DNA from: Thermoplasmata archaeon | GTDB taxonomy: Archaea > Thermoplasmatota > Thermoplasmata > Lutacidiplasmatales > UBA184 | Direction of reading: 5' to 3' | Assembly (NCBI GenBank): GCA_027365105.1 | Contig: DAHXNZ010000008.1 | Coordinates: 129 to 64,128 of the forward strand | Length of the DNA stretch: 64,000 bases | Shown: in pieces, positions 17,713 through 27,217 of the stretch | How positions within the stretch are numbered: the stretch's first letter is position 1 | Layout: the number at the start of each line of letters is the position of its first letter | The notes under the pieces: generated by a model | Told to the model about the DNA's origin: nothing | Database searches by the model: none | The model's input: only the letters and a program-made list of their open reading frames with translations | Translations under genes and position numbers: made by a program

Positions 17713-19136
17713 TACGGGCAGAGGGGAACCCGCCAGGCGGGGCAGGCGGGAAGCTCCGCGGGCCTCCGTTCGGTTAAGGCCCGGTCCAGTCGTGCGGTCC
17801 GCTCCCGGGCGATCCGGGAGAACACGGTCGGGGAGCCCACCGCGACCTCGAACGCCTGAACCCGCTCGAGGCTCCCTTCCCGGGGCCCGATGCCCACGAG
17901 GAGCCAGGCCGACCGGTCTCCCAGGAAGGCGCACCGGAGTCCGGCCTCGAGGAAGTACTGCGGCGCGGCTTCGACGGCCGCCGTCGACTCGTCCGGGAGC
18001 GGCCGGGTTCGGGTCTTCAGGACCAGGGGGTGCTCCCGGAACAGCCCGCCACCGGAGCCGGTTTCGGACGCGTCGGCGACCCGGGACTCCCCGAGAGGGC
18101 CGGATTCGGTCAGGCTCCGGAGCTCGAGCCACGATTCCGAGATCCCCCGGGGCGCCGCCTCGGCGACCGGACGCTCGCGTCGGAAGTACGCCCACCGGGG
18201 ATAGATGAGGTCCGAGATGTTCCACGGCTCCTCCATCGCCGGCGGGGGCAGCCCCCGGCATCGCGACTCGATGCCGGCCGCTTGGGCCGGAACCTCGCCC
18301 ACGACGCGGATCGAGTCGGCGAGCGGCTCGGGCTCGACCGGCTCGTCGCCCCGGCAGCCACACCGGCCGGCCGCTTGCCAGATGCACCCCCGGTCCCTCC
18401 ATCGGCACCGCGGCAGGCCGGACGGGTCCCCGGAACGGAGGGACGACCGGAGCCGTTCGGCCCGCTTCGCCACGGCCCCCCGGATCGTTCCGGGATCGTC
18501 GATCGCCAGTTCCAGGACCCGCACCTCCTCGACCCGATGGGCCTGGGTTCGCAGCAAGGCCAAGGTCGACCGTCGTGCATCCAGGAGGCCCGCATAGATG
18601 GCCACCTGCTCCAAGTGGTCCGGATGCGCCACGATCGCACCGGAGGCTCGAGCGAAGGGGACGGCGCCGGACTTGATCTCCACCGGGCCGTCCGACCAGC
18701 CATCCAGGCGTCCGGCCACTCCGCCCCGGAAGAAGTTCACTTCGATCCGGGAGACCGGCGCGAGGAGCGGCGCGGCGACCCGGTGGAGGGCGCGGCCCCA
18801 CTGGATCGCCGTCCCCCGGGCCGGATCCTGGGGCTCGGGAAGCCGCCGACGATAGAACGCCGGACGTGGGTCGACCAGATCCGTGGCCGCGACCGGCGGC
18901 CAAGGAACGAGGCCCGGCCGTCGTCCCTCGAGCTCCTGCTCCAGCTGGTTTCGCCGGACCGCGGTGACGGTGGGCTTCCACCCGTACCGCTCGGCCCACG
19001 GACCGTCGTCCACAGTCCCGGTAGGGCGAGCCGCGCGTAAATGCTCCCCCCTCAAGCCAAGGGGCTTTACCCTCGTGTGGCCTTCGGGGAAGGTGGCCGA
19101 CCGACAGCGGGGTCCCCTGATCGTCGGCACCGGCAT
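17670..19136 (-). CDS. PD-(D/E)XK nuclease-like protein (Cas4/RecB-like core, 4-Cys cluster) with an unknown C-terminal domain carrying a second Cys cluster
   Basis: Nuclease-like motifs in order GRLDG...VEIKSG (D...ExK) and LEQVAIYAGL (QxxxY), then CRWRDRGCIWQAAGRCGC. The C-terminus ends CPAWRVPLCPYQPDCGC. An alternative leaderless GTG start at 19013 lies ~25 nt below the TATA-like GCATTTAC. Confidence 0.45.
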   Translation of the reverse strand: MPVPTIRGPRCRSATFPEGHTRVKPLGLRGEHLRAARPTGTVDDGPWAERYGWKPTVTAVRRNQLEQELEGRRPGLVPWPPVAATDLVDPRPAFYRRRLPEPQDPARGTAIQWGRALHRVAAPLLAPVSRIEVNFFRGGVAGRLDGWSDGPVEIKSGAVPFARASGAIVAHPDHLEQVAIYAGLLDARRSTLALLRTQAHRVEEVRVLELAIDDPGTIRGAVAKRAERLRSSLRSGDPSGLPRCRWRDRGCIWQAAGRCGCRGDEPVEPEPLADSIRVVGEVPAQAAGIESRCRGLPPPAMEEPWNISDLIYPRWAYFRRERPVAEAAPRGISESWLELRSLTESGPLGESRVADASETGSGGGLFREHPLVLKTRTRPLPDESTAAVEAAPQYFLEAGLRCAFLGDRSAWLLVGIGPREGSLERVQAFEVAVGSPTVFSRIARERTARLDRALTERRPAELPACPAWRVPLCPYQPDCGCPGSRPQR

Positions 19137-20652
19137 TGCCGGACTCTACATCGCCATCCGGTCTCGGGAACTCGGGCTCAAGCCGCTCCTGGTCACCAAA
19201 GCCCGCCTCGAGGAGTCGAATACCCGGTATGCTCAGGGCGGAATCGCTGCGGCCATCGGCCGTGACGACTCCGTGCAGCGGCATCTCCGCGACACCGTCC
19301 GCGCGGGCGCCGGCCTCGTGAACCGGCCGGCGGCTCGAGTCCTGGCCTTCGAGGCCCCGGCCCGGATTGCCGACCTGGTCCGGCTGGGGGTCCCGTTTGA
19401 CACGATCGACGGCCAGATCCAGCTGGGCCGAGAGGCGGCCCACAGCCGGGCCCGGATCCTCCACGCGGGGGGCGATGCCACCGGCTACTCCATTGAAGAG
19501 AGCCTCCGTCATCGGGTCCTCGAGATGGGCATCGAGGTCCGCGAACGGACGATCCTCCGGGAGATCCGGCCCGGGAGGTCCGGCCTACCGGAGGCGATCG
19601 TGTCGGCGGCGGATGGGACCGCCGTCGAGACGCTGGACCCCCGGCCGCTCGTGCTGGCGACCGGGGGGGCCGGGAGCCTGTACCGGCAGAGCACCAACCC
19701 GTCGGTCACCACCGGCGATGGGGTGGCGGTGGCTTTCCGGGCGGGGGCGATCGTCTCGGACCTGGAGTTCTTCCAATTCCACCCGACGGTCTTCTTCCGG
19801 CCGGGAGCCCCCCGCTTCCTCATCACCGAAGCGCTTCGAGGCGAAGGCGCCCTCCTGCGGAACGTCAAGGGAGACCGGTTCCTTCCTTCGATCCATCCGG
19901 ACGGAGAACTGGCCCCGCGGGATGTGGTGAGCCGGGCCATCGCCGCCGAGATCGATCGGACCGGACACCCGTGCGTCTACCTCGACGCGACCGAGATTCC
20001 CCGGGATCGGTTGTACACCCGGTTTCCCTCGGTGTGCCGGTTTCTCGCCACCTTTGGCCTCGATCCGGCCCGAGACCGGATCCCGGTCGCCCCCGTCGCC
20101 CACTACATGATTGGAGGGGTCACGACCGACACCGACGGCCGGACCAGCCTCGTCGGCGTGTATGCGGGAGGCGAGGTCGCTTCGACCGGAGTGCACGGAG
20201 CGAACCGGCTCGGGAGCAACTCCCTGCTCGAGGGACTGGTCTTCGGCGAGCGGATCGCACGGGACCTGCTCCATCCATCGGCCGGGGGGACCCGCCCTCG
20301 GTTTCCCTCAACGCCGATCGCCTGGCCGCCGGGAGCGGGGGGCCCCGAGGACCCGGCCCGGATCGATGAGCTCCGCAACGACCTCTGGCGGAACGTGGGC
20401 ATCGCCCGCAGCCGGACCGGCCTCAGCTCGGCCGTCCGGGCCTTCGATCGGATCCGCGCCACGGTCGAGCCAGCGGAGGATGGGCGCCCGCCCGGCCCGG
20501 GCGCCAACGCCGCCCTCACCGCCTCGCTGATCGCCCAAGCCGCCCTGGCTCGAACCGAGAGCCGGGGTTCGCACTACCGGTCGGACTTCCCGGGACCGGA
20601 TCCGCGATGGGCTCGCCGCCTCTACTGGGTCCGCGCTGGATCCTCGGCCTGA
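19075..20652 (+). CDS. nadB: L-aspartate oxidase (FAD flavoprotein; NadB / succinate dehydrogenase flavoprotein family)
   Basis: FAD-binding GxGxxG (VGTGIAGL), RYAQGGIAAA, HYMIGG and C-terminal GANRLGSNSLLEGLVFG. Start uncertain: GTG 19075 (used; leaderless relative to TATA 19037-19044), or GTG 19093. Confidence 0.8.
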   Translation: MWPSGKVADRQRGPLIVGTGIAGLYIAIRSRELGLKPLLVTKARLEESNTRYAQGGIAAAIGRDDSVQRHLRDTVRAGAGLVNRPAARVLAFEAPARIADLVRLGVPFDTIDGQIQLGREAAHSRARILHAGGDATGYSIEESLRHRVLEMGIEVRERTILREIRPGRSGLPEAIVSAADGTAVETLDPRPLVLATGGAGSLYRQSTNPSVTTGDGVAVAFRAGAIVSDLEFFQFHPTVFFRPGAPRFLITEALRGEGALLRNVKGDRFLPSIHPDGELAPRDVVSRAIAAEIDRTGHPCVYLDATEIPRDRLYTRFPSVCRFLATFGLDPARDRIPVAPVAHYMIGGVTTDTDGRTSLVGVYAGGEVASTGVHGANRLGSNSLLEGLVFGERIARDLLHPSAGGTRPRFPSTPIAWPPGAGGPEDPARIDELRNDLWRNVGIARSRTGLSSAVRAFDRIRATVEPAEDGRPPGPGANAALTASLIAQAALARTESRGSHYRSDFPGPDPRWARRLYWVRAGSSA

Positions 20653-21337
20653 ACTCCCCTCCGACGCCCCGGTTCGTTCCTCCCTGAGGATGGGGGGGCG
20701 GTCCGCGTCCCGTCGACCGCGGTAGTGCCCGAGATCCTGCGACCGGGTTACCCTCGAAGAGCCCGGTCGGGAACCCTCGCCGTCCTGGGTCGGCCGGCCG
20801 AACCGCACGTCGTTGGGTCCCGCGGCCGCCCGTCCACAGTGTCGAGCGCCGTCGACCGGGTGGGTCCGCGGGCTGCCCATGCCCGCCCGAGGTCCAGTGA
20901 CCGACGGGGTGCCGCTTTCGACGTCGATCGAGACGCGGCCACGGCTTCCCTTCCTGAGCTCTACGTCCGGCGGCGGGAACAAAGGCGTGGTCGACCCCCG
21001 ACCGGAGCTCCGCCGCAACGACCGCGTGGCCGCCACCACCGAGATCTGCCGCGGTCCCCGGTTGGAGATCCCCGACGGCTCACCGACCAGGAGGCCGCCC
21101 GCGGCGGATCCAGGCCGCTCCCCCCTCTTTTGGCCCTCCGATCACCTGGGCCGCCCCCGGTCGGGGGCCGGCTCCCGCGCCGCTTCGGAGGTCACCGGCC
21201 GGGCAGTCCGCGGTCGTGCCCCTGGGGGTTCGGGAGTCTCCGGCTGCCTCCCTGAGCTGAAGGGCGCAAGGCCGACCGGGGCGGAGCCTCCGAACGAACC
21301 CGGCAACGATTATCCCTCCCTGGAGCCTCCCGACGGT

Positions 21338-22492
21338 GTGTCCCACGACCTCACCCTGGAGGAACAGGATCTTGCCTCGGCCGCCCGCCGCTTCGTGCAG
21401 CGCGAGGTCGCTCCGCTGGCCGAACGGATGGATCGGGACGACTACTTCCCACGCGAACTGTTCCGGAAGATGGGGGAGGAAGGGTTCCTCGGGCCCACCG
21501 TCCCGGAGCAGTACGGCGGCTTGGGCTTGTCGTACCGGGCCCAGGCGGTCATCCTGGAGGAGATCGCTCGGGAAAGCCCGGCGCTGGCCCTGAGCGTCGG
21601 GGCCCATTCGAATCTGGCGGTGGACAACCTGGCCCGGAACGGCACCGACGATCAGCGGGCGGAGTTCCTGCCCCCCCTCGTCCGGGGAGAGAGGATTGCG
21701 GCGCTCGCCCTCACCGAGCCGAATGCCGGCTCGGACGCGGTTTCGTTGAGCACCCGGGCCGAGCGGAACGGGGATCACTATATTCTGAACGGTTCCAAGC
21801 AGTTCATCACCAACGGGCCGGTGGCGGACACCCTGCTGGTCTACGCCAAGACCCGCCCCGGCGACGGAGCCCACGGGATCAGCGTCCTGCTGATCTCCCG
21901 GGAGATGGAAGGATTCACGGTCTCCCGGAGCCTCGACAAGATGGGGATGCGCGGCTCCCCGACCGGGGAGCTCGCCTTCCGGAATGTTCGGGTCCCGCTC
22001 GACCGGAGGGTCGGCGAGGAGAACAGGGGCGTGGGCATCCTGATGGGAGGCCTCAACGTCGAGCGGGCGGTCCTCGCGGCGATTCCGGTCGGCATCCTCG
22101 GGGCCTGCCTCGATCGGTCGATCCAGTACGCGCGGGAGCGGGAGCAGTTCGGGGAGAAGATCGGCCGGTTCGAGCTGATCCAGGAGAAGATCGCGAACCT
22201 CTACATGGATCTCGAAGCTTCGCGTCGTCTGCTTTATGGGGCCCTCGAATGCGTGGCGACCGACCCCCGGCGCCTCCGGGACAGCTCGGCCGCGCTGACC
22301 TTCGCCTCCGAAGCCTCGACTCGGGGCGCGCTCCAGGCGATCCAGATCCACGGAGGCTACGGGTACATGCGGGACCTCCCGCTCGAACGGTTGGCCCGGG
22401 ACGCCAAGCTCCTCGAGATCGGCGCCGGGACGAGCGAGATCCGCCGGCTCATCATCGCCCGTGAACTGCTGGGGCCCGGTTTCGGCCGCTGA
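21338..22492 (+). CDS. acyl-CoA dehydrogenase
   Basis: ACAD N-terminus ([15 protein letters not shown]), FAD/substrate motifs (GSKQFITNG, catalytic region [28 protein letters not shown]). GTG start chosen because the upstream ORF extension is low-complexity and not GC3-biased. Confidence 0.85.
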   Translation: MSHDLTLEEQDLASAARRFVQREVAPLAERMDRDDYFPRELFRKMGEEGFLGPTVPEQYGGLGLSYRAQAVILEEIARESPALALSVGAHSNLAVDNLARNGTDDQRAEFLPPLVRGERIAALALTEPNAGSDAVSLSTRAERNGDHYILNGSKQFITNGPVADTLLVYAKTRPGDGAHGISVLLISREMEGFTVSRSLDKMGMRGSPTGELAFRNVRVPLDRRVGEENRGVGILMGGLNVERAVLAAIPVGILGACLDRSIQYAREREQFGEKIGRFELIQEKIANLYMDLEASRRLLYGALECVATDPRRLRDSSAALTFASEASTRGALQAIQIHGGYGYMRDLPLERLARDAKLLEIGAGTSEIRRLIIARELLGPGFGR

Positions 22493-22588
22493 ACCCGGAC
22501 CCCCGGAGAGACCGGCGGCCGAGGGACCGGAGGACCCGAGGCACGGGACGACCCGCCCTGATTTGTACCGCGGACGGGTGGGCAGCCC

Positions 22589-23356
22589 ATGACCCAGCTC
22601 TCCCCGAGCCATCCCCGCTACCGGAGCCTCCGGGTCCGGGCGGGGCTCGCGGCGGCGCTGGGGAAGGGCCTCATCGTCCCCGAGGGGCTCATCGCGCAGG
22701 GGCGAGGCGAGACGTTCGACTACTTCCTCGGGGAACGGACGATTCCGAGTGCTCGCCGGGCCGAACGGGTCGCCGCCGCGTGGATCCGCGCGGCCCGGCA
22801 CCCCGTGCTGAGCGTCAATGGGAACGTGGCCGCCCTCGCCGCCGCCGAGATTGCCCGGCTGGTACGAGCGTACCCGCCCTTGGGGGTGGAGATCAATCTC
22901 TTCCACCGGTCTCCGGCCCGGGTCCGGGTCGTGGCCCGAACCCTCCGCTCGGCGGGGATCCGACGTCCCTACGGGCTCCGACCCACCGGTCGGATCGCCG
23001 GGCTCGACTCGGACCGGGCGAGGGTCGACCGCCGGGGGATCGGTTCGGCCGATCTCTGCCTGATCCCGCTCGAAGACGGGGACCGGGCCGAGGCCCTCCG
23101 GGGCGCCGGACGTCGGATCGTCTCGATCGATCTCAACCCGCTCTCCCGGACGAGCCGGGCCGCCCACCTGCCCATCGTCGACGAACTCACCCGGGCCCTC
23201 ACGGAGATCGCTCGGGCCCTCGAGGGTCCGGCTCGACCCTCCCCCCGAGGACCGTCCGCCCGGGCCCTCCTCTCCGACGCGCAGGCCACGATGGCCCGGA
23301 ACCTGCTCAGGGTCCCGCGACCGGTTCCTCGGGGGACGCCTCGACGGCCCCGGTGA
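22589..23356 (+). CDS. 4-phosphopantoate--beta-alanine ligase (archaeal phosphopantothenate synthetase, COG1701-like)
   Basis: N-terminal HPRY motif and GRGExFDYxxGE region resembling the archaeal PPS family. Recognised from memory, not searched. Confidence 0.55.
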   Translation: MTQLSPSHPRYRSLRVRAGLAAALGKGLIVPEGLIAQGRGETFDYFLGERTIPSARRAERVAAAWIRAARHPVLSVNGNVAALAAAEIARLVRAYPPLGVEINLFHRSPARVRVVARTLRSAGIRRPYGLRPTGRIAGLDSDRARVDRRGIGSADLCLIPLEDGDRAEALRGAGRRIVSIDLNPLSRTSRAAHLPIVDELTRALTEIARALEGPARPSPRGPSARALLSDAQATMARNLLRVPRPVPRGTPRRPR

Positions 23357-23801
23357 GCCGCCGCGCGACCTCCTCGAGGAATCGTCGGTCGCTCTCGTCG
23401 AACGCCGCGATTTGCTGGCCGTCGATGTCGATCTCGCCGATCGGCTCGCCCTCCCGGCGGATCGGCACGACGATCTCCGACCGGGTATCTCGGAAGCAGG
23501 CCAGATAGCCCGGGGCGGTGGCGACGTCGTCGACGATCACCGCCCGGTTCTCCCGGACCGCCTGGCCGCAGAGGCCCTGGTCGATCGGAATCCGGACATG
23601 TTCGGTGGGGGCCGGTCCCTCCCAGGCCGCGAGCCGAAGCTCGGCCCCGACCTTGCGGTAGATGCCGACCCAGCCGTACTGCGGGAACTCCATCCGGAGG
23701 AACCGGACGACCTCCCGGAGCGCGTCGGCCCCGGTGAGCCGGCCGAGGATCGAGTCGATGTGCAGCAGGGACGGCGTCACCTGTCGGGGGTGGATCGTCA
23801 T
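23307..23801 (-). CDS. GAF domain-containing protein
   Basis: GAF-like pattern (WVGIYRKVG...LCGQAVRENRAVIVDDVATAP...EIVVPIRREGEPIGEIDIDG). Confidence 0.6.
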   Translation of the reverse strand: MTIHPRQVTPSLLHIDSILGRLTGADALREVVRFLRMEFPQYGWVGIYRKVGAELRLAAWEGPAPTEHVRIPIDQGLCGQAVRENRAVIVDDVATAPGYLACFRDTRSEIVVPIRREGEPIGEIDIDGQQIAAFDESDRRFLEEVARRLTGAVEASPEEPVAGP

Positions 23802-23978
23802 GGCTCACCGGGGGTGGGGGCCGCGCCGAGGGGGAGAATTCCCGTCACGACGGGCCGTCCGTCCCTGACGTTTGAACTCCCGAGGCGTATTCCGCCACGA
23901 GCTTTCCAGACTCGCGCCGTACCGGACTGAGCCACCTCGGCACGCCCTCCGACCGCCGACGGGAAGGGGCCGATAAGC

Positions 23979-24242
23979 TTAGCGGCCGAGGGAACGGACG
24001 CCCCCGAGGGGCCGGGGGGAGAGGCCGCACCGGGGGCAGCCGACGGTACGCTCCTCCCCCGGGATCTCGAACCCGCATCCGGGACAGGCGACGCTCGCGG
24101 GGCCCAGGGGGGAGTAGCAGTCGAAGCAGGCGCCCCGCCGCCGATCATTGGGGAGGACGACCAGGTCCCGGCCGCAGAAGACACAGTGCGAGTAGCGGTC
24201 CTCGGGCACCAAAAAGAGGCGGGAGTCACCGAGAGAAAGCAT
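23979..24242 (-). CDS. small zinc-ribbon protein (8 Cys in four CxxC-type pairs)
   Basis: CVFCG...CFDC...CPGCG...CPRCG spacing typical of double zinc ribbons. Start taken at MLSL (24242). Confidence 0.4.
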   Translation of the reverse strand: MLSLGDSRLFLVPEDRYSHCVFCGRDLVVLPNDRRRGACFDCYSPLGPASVACPGCGFEIPGEERTVGCPRCGLSPRPLGGVRSLGR

Positions 24243-24295
24243 GGAGGGCGAGAGCACCCTACCGGCCGTACATAAGCCCTCGCTCGCCGGATCCG

Positions 24296-25042
24296 CTACG
24301 GCTCCCTCCATCGGGCCTTCGCGCTCGCCAGGAGGAGGAGCGCCACGGTGAACCCCGCCAGGACGGCCCAGTCAATGACCGACGCCGCGAACGAGGGGGC
24401 GACCTGCCCGGCGGCCCCCTGGACCAGCTGGGCGGCGTAGGTCGTAGGGGAGAAGAGCGCCACCTTCTGGGCCCAGCCCGGGAGGGAAGTGATCGGGTAG
24501 TAGACGGGCGGGAGGACGCTCAGGCCGAGGGAGATGAGCGGACTGAACATGAAGGTCTCCCGGACATCCTCGAAGTAGGTCGCTAGGGTGAAGCCCAGGG
24601 TGCTCGCGAACGCCCAGACGAGGATCAGCGCGCCGACGAGGACCAGCGCATTCGACCACGACCACCAGCCCTCGTAGGCCCAGATCCCGAGAAAGACCGC
24701 CATGCCGGGGAGCGAGTAGACGAACTCGGAGAGGGCCATGCCGACCAGGTACGACGGGGCGGCCACCGGGGAGGAAACGATGACATCCTGGAACTTGAGG
24801 TCGTGGCGGTAGTGGGTCAGATCGCTCTGGAGGCCGGTCCCGACGCTCAGCATCGTCAGGATCATGCCGCCCGCGACCCCGTAGCCGAGGAGCCGCCCGC
24901 CCGACGCGATGCTGATGAAGAAGAGGAACGACAGCGGGGAGGCGAGCAGGTTGAGCAGGTAGAGGGGCTGGGCCCGGATCGGGATCAGCCCGTTGAGCCG
25001 GACGAGCGTGCCGATCGCCTGGAACTGCTGACGGAGGGTCAT
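24296..25042 (-). CDS. ABC-2 type transporter permease
   Basis: Six predicted TM helices, ABC-2 family length. Its start overlaps the stop of the upstream ATPase gene by 4 nt. Confidence 0.7.
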   Translation of the reverse strand: MTLRQQFQAIGTLVRLNGLIPIRAQPLYLLNLLASPLSFLFFISIASGGRLLGYGVAGGMILTMLSVGTGLQSDLTHYRHDLKFQDVIVSSPVAAPSYLVGMALSEFVYSLPGMAVFLGIWAYEGWWSWSNALVLVGALILVWAFASTLGFTLATYFEDVRETFMFSPLISLGLSVLPPVYYPITSLPGWAQKVALFSPTTYAAQLVQGAAGQVAPSFAASVIDWAVLAGFTVALLLLASAKARWREP

Positions 25043-25974
25043 CCGGCGGCCGCCTCCTCCCGGTCGTCTTCGATCCGTCGACCGACGACCTCGAGGAAGA
25101 TGTCCTCGAGGTCGACCGGCCCGAACGCGACCCGCGCCCCGCGTTGCAGGGCCTCCTGGGCGAGGGCCCGGGCGCTGCCTTCGCTGGCAAAGACCAGAAA
25201 GCCGTGGTCGACCGCCCGGGCGCTGCCGAACGACCGAAGTTCCTCGATCGTAAACGAACCTTCGACGGTGACCCGGTACGGAGACTGTACGCGCCCCCGA
25301 AGGTCCTGGGGGGTGCCTTCGAGGACCAGACGTCCCCGTTCAATCAGGGCGAGCCGGCTGGACAGCGTCTCAGCCTCGTCCAGGTAATGGGTCGTGAGGA
25401 GCGTCGTGCGGCCCTCGCGCGTGGCCTTCCGGATCGCCCCCCAGACCTCCCGGCGGGCAATCGGATCGAGCCCGGTCGTCGGCTCGTCGAGGAAGATCAG
25501 ATCGGCCTCGGTGCCCAGCACCATCGCCACCATGACCCGCCGGCGCTGTCCGCCGGAGAGCCGGGAGATCGACCGGGAGGCGAGCTCGGTCAGCGAGAGC
25601 TCGGCCAGGACGTCCTGAGTCCGGGACCGGGCGAGACGACGGCTCATTCCCCGGAGGCTCAGGTTGAGGCGGATCGCCTCCTCGACGGTCAGGAAGTACA
25701 GAGGGCGGGACTCCTGAGGCACGCAGGCGATCCGCTCCCGCACCCGGCCGGTCTCGGTCATCACATCGTGACCCAGGATCTCGATCCGGCCGTCGGTCGG
25801 TTCGAGCTGGGTCGCCGCGATCCGGATGAAGGTCGTCTTGCCGGCCCCGTTGCGGCCGATGAGCCCGTAGACCCGGCCCGGCGGGACCGTGAGGGTGAGA
25901 TCGTCCAGCGCCCGGGCGCCGGCCGGGGCGTGGGGGTAGACCCGGGTGAGGTGCGTCGCCCGGATGGCGTCCAC
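25039..25974 (-). CDS. ABC transporter ATP-binding protein (ABC-2 exporter partner)
   Basis: Walker A GRNGAGKTT, signature LSGGQRRRV, Walker B LIFLDEPTTGLD, H-loop. Confidence 0.9.
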   Translation of the reverse strand: MDAIRATHLTRVYPHAPAGARALDDLTLTVPPGRVYGLIGRNGAGKTTFIRIAATQLEPTDGRIEILGHDVMTETGRVRERIACVPQESRPLYFLTVEEAIRLNLSLRGMSRRLARSRTQDVLAELSLTELASRSISRLSGGQRRRVMVAMVLGTEADLIFLDEPTTGLDPIARREVWGAIRKATREGRTTLLTTHYLDEAETLSSRLALIERGRLVLEGTPQDLRGRVQSPYRVTVEGSFTIEELRSFGSARAVDHGFLVFASEGSARALAQEALQRGARVAFGPVDLEDIFLEVVGRRIEDDREEAAAG

Positions 25975-26010
25975 CGAACCCTCCTGCCCGACCGACCCGA
26001 TCCGACCCGA

Positions 26011-27078
26011 TCAGCTCAGGACCTCGGAGAGGCGGCCCGCATCGCGGGCCCGGTGGATCTCCTGGGAGATCCTTCGGCCCATCGAGAGCCCCGGCTCGCG
26101 GAGGTCCGAGTACGGGCTCCCCGAGATGAACAGGCTCGTACCTGCCACGATCCGGGTCGAGATCTCGAAGACCTTGAACTGGAGCTCCTCCGTCATGATC
26201 CCCTCGACGCAGAACGGACCCACCATGCCGCCAAAGAGCTCGATCGAGCGCTCAATGATGCGGGCCCCGATGTCGAAGATCTGCGGGAGCAACGACTCCC
26301 GGAGGATCACCGGGACGTTGCCGGTCACCACGAAGGTGGGCTCGAGTCCGGCCCGGTGCAGTTCCTCCTGGGCCCCGAGCTTGTACAGTTCGTCGATGTT
26401 CGCCTCGTCCCTTCGATCCATCCCGAGCAGTTCGAGCGAGCCGGAGCCGACCCGATACCCGTCCTTCGACAGCGGGGAGTAGAAGAAATGGACATAATAC
26501 CGGGTCCCGAGGACATACTCCTGGATGACGTGAGGGCCGGTCGGATGGAACCGCTCCAGCGCGGCGCGGTTCTTCGCCAGGTAGAATCCCTTTCCGCCCT
26601 TCGCTCCGTAATACTTGACGATCACCGGCCCATCGACTTCGTCCGGGGTTTCGTACCGCTTCGGCATCCGCACGCCGGCCGACTCGAGCCAGGTCCGCTC
26701 CTTGCGCCGATCCGACTCCCACTCGATGACCGCCCGGTTCCCGAAGACCGGCACGTCGAGTCGGGTGAACGCTTCCGGCCCGAGATACTCCACGAAGGAG
26801 CCGTGAGGAACGAGGATGACCCCTTCTTGGCGGAGCTGGTCCGAGTACTCCGGGAGGGCCTTGATGACCGGAACCTCCAGGAACCGGTCGGGCCGGGCCA
26901 ACGGGAAGGCTTCGTAGAACCGGGGCGCGGGGGCCGTCGTGATCCCCAAGGTCCGGAACCCTTCCCGTCGGGCCCCATGAAAGATCTGCAGGGAGGAGTG
27001 GGAGCAGAGGGTCGCAACGGTCGGCGCCTGATCTTCGAGATGGGTGATACGGCTGGGCGGTGCGAGAGAGGTCCCCAT
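26011..27078 (-). CDS. purP: 5-formaminoimidazole-4-carboxamide ribonucleotide (FAICAR) synthetase PurP
   Basis: Archaeal PurP (ATP-grasp, DUF1246/DUF1297) pattern: SHSSLQIF...VIVKYYGAKGGKGFY...FCVEGI. TATA-like TTTATTTTT sits ~27 nt upstream on the minus strand (27098-27112). Confidence 0.85.
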   Translation of the reverse strand: MGTSLAPPSRITHLEDQAPTVATLCSHSSLQIFHGARREGFRTLGITTAPAPRFYEAFPLARPDRFLEVPVIKALPEYSDQLRQEGVILVPHGSFVEYLGPEAFTRLDVPVFGNRAVIEWESDRRKERTWLESAGVRMPKRYETPDEVDGPVIVKYYGAKGGKGFYLAKNRAALERFHPTGPHVIQEYVLGTRYYVHFFYSPLSKDGYRVGSGSLELLGMDRRDEANIDELYKLGAQEELHRAGLEPTFVVTGNVPVILRESLLPQIFDIGARIIERSIELFGGMVGPFCVEGIMTEELQFKVFEISTRIVAGTSLFISGSPYSDLREPGLSMGRRISQEIHRARDAGRLSEVLS

Positions 27079-27217
27079 AGGAACCTACACCGAGGTTCAA
27101 AAATAAACTTTGCCCTCACGGTCCCGGCGGCCGGGCGAAGGACGGCGGCCCTCCGCCGCCGCGGGCTCCGTTCCCCCCCGGGGCGGGACGCGGTACGGAG
27201 GCACGGCCGGGGCCGGC

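Noticed and set aside
15097-19512. 1471-aa minus-strand ORF, the longest in the window
   Set aside because: Its translation is Arg/Gly/Pro-rich low complexity with no motifs. It is antisense to well-supported plus-strand genes (prs, GNAT, nadB) and in a different frame from the credible minus-strand gene at 17670-19136. This is the typical long antisense ORF of a high-GC genome.
21080-23167. 695-aa minus-strand ORF
   Set aside because: It is antisense to the acyl-CoA dehydrogenase and phosphopantothenate synthetase genes, both of which have strong motifs.
25975-26012. Tandem direct repeat CGACCCGATC x2 between the ABC ATPase and purP
   Set aside because: It has only two copies of 10 nt. This is too short and few for a CRISPR or regulatory array and is probably chance in GC-rich DNA.
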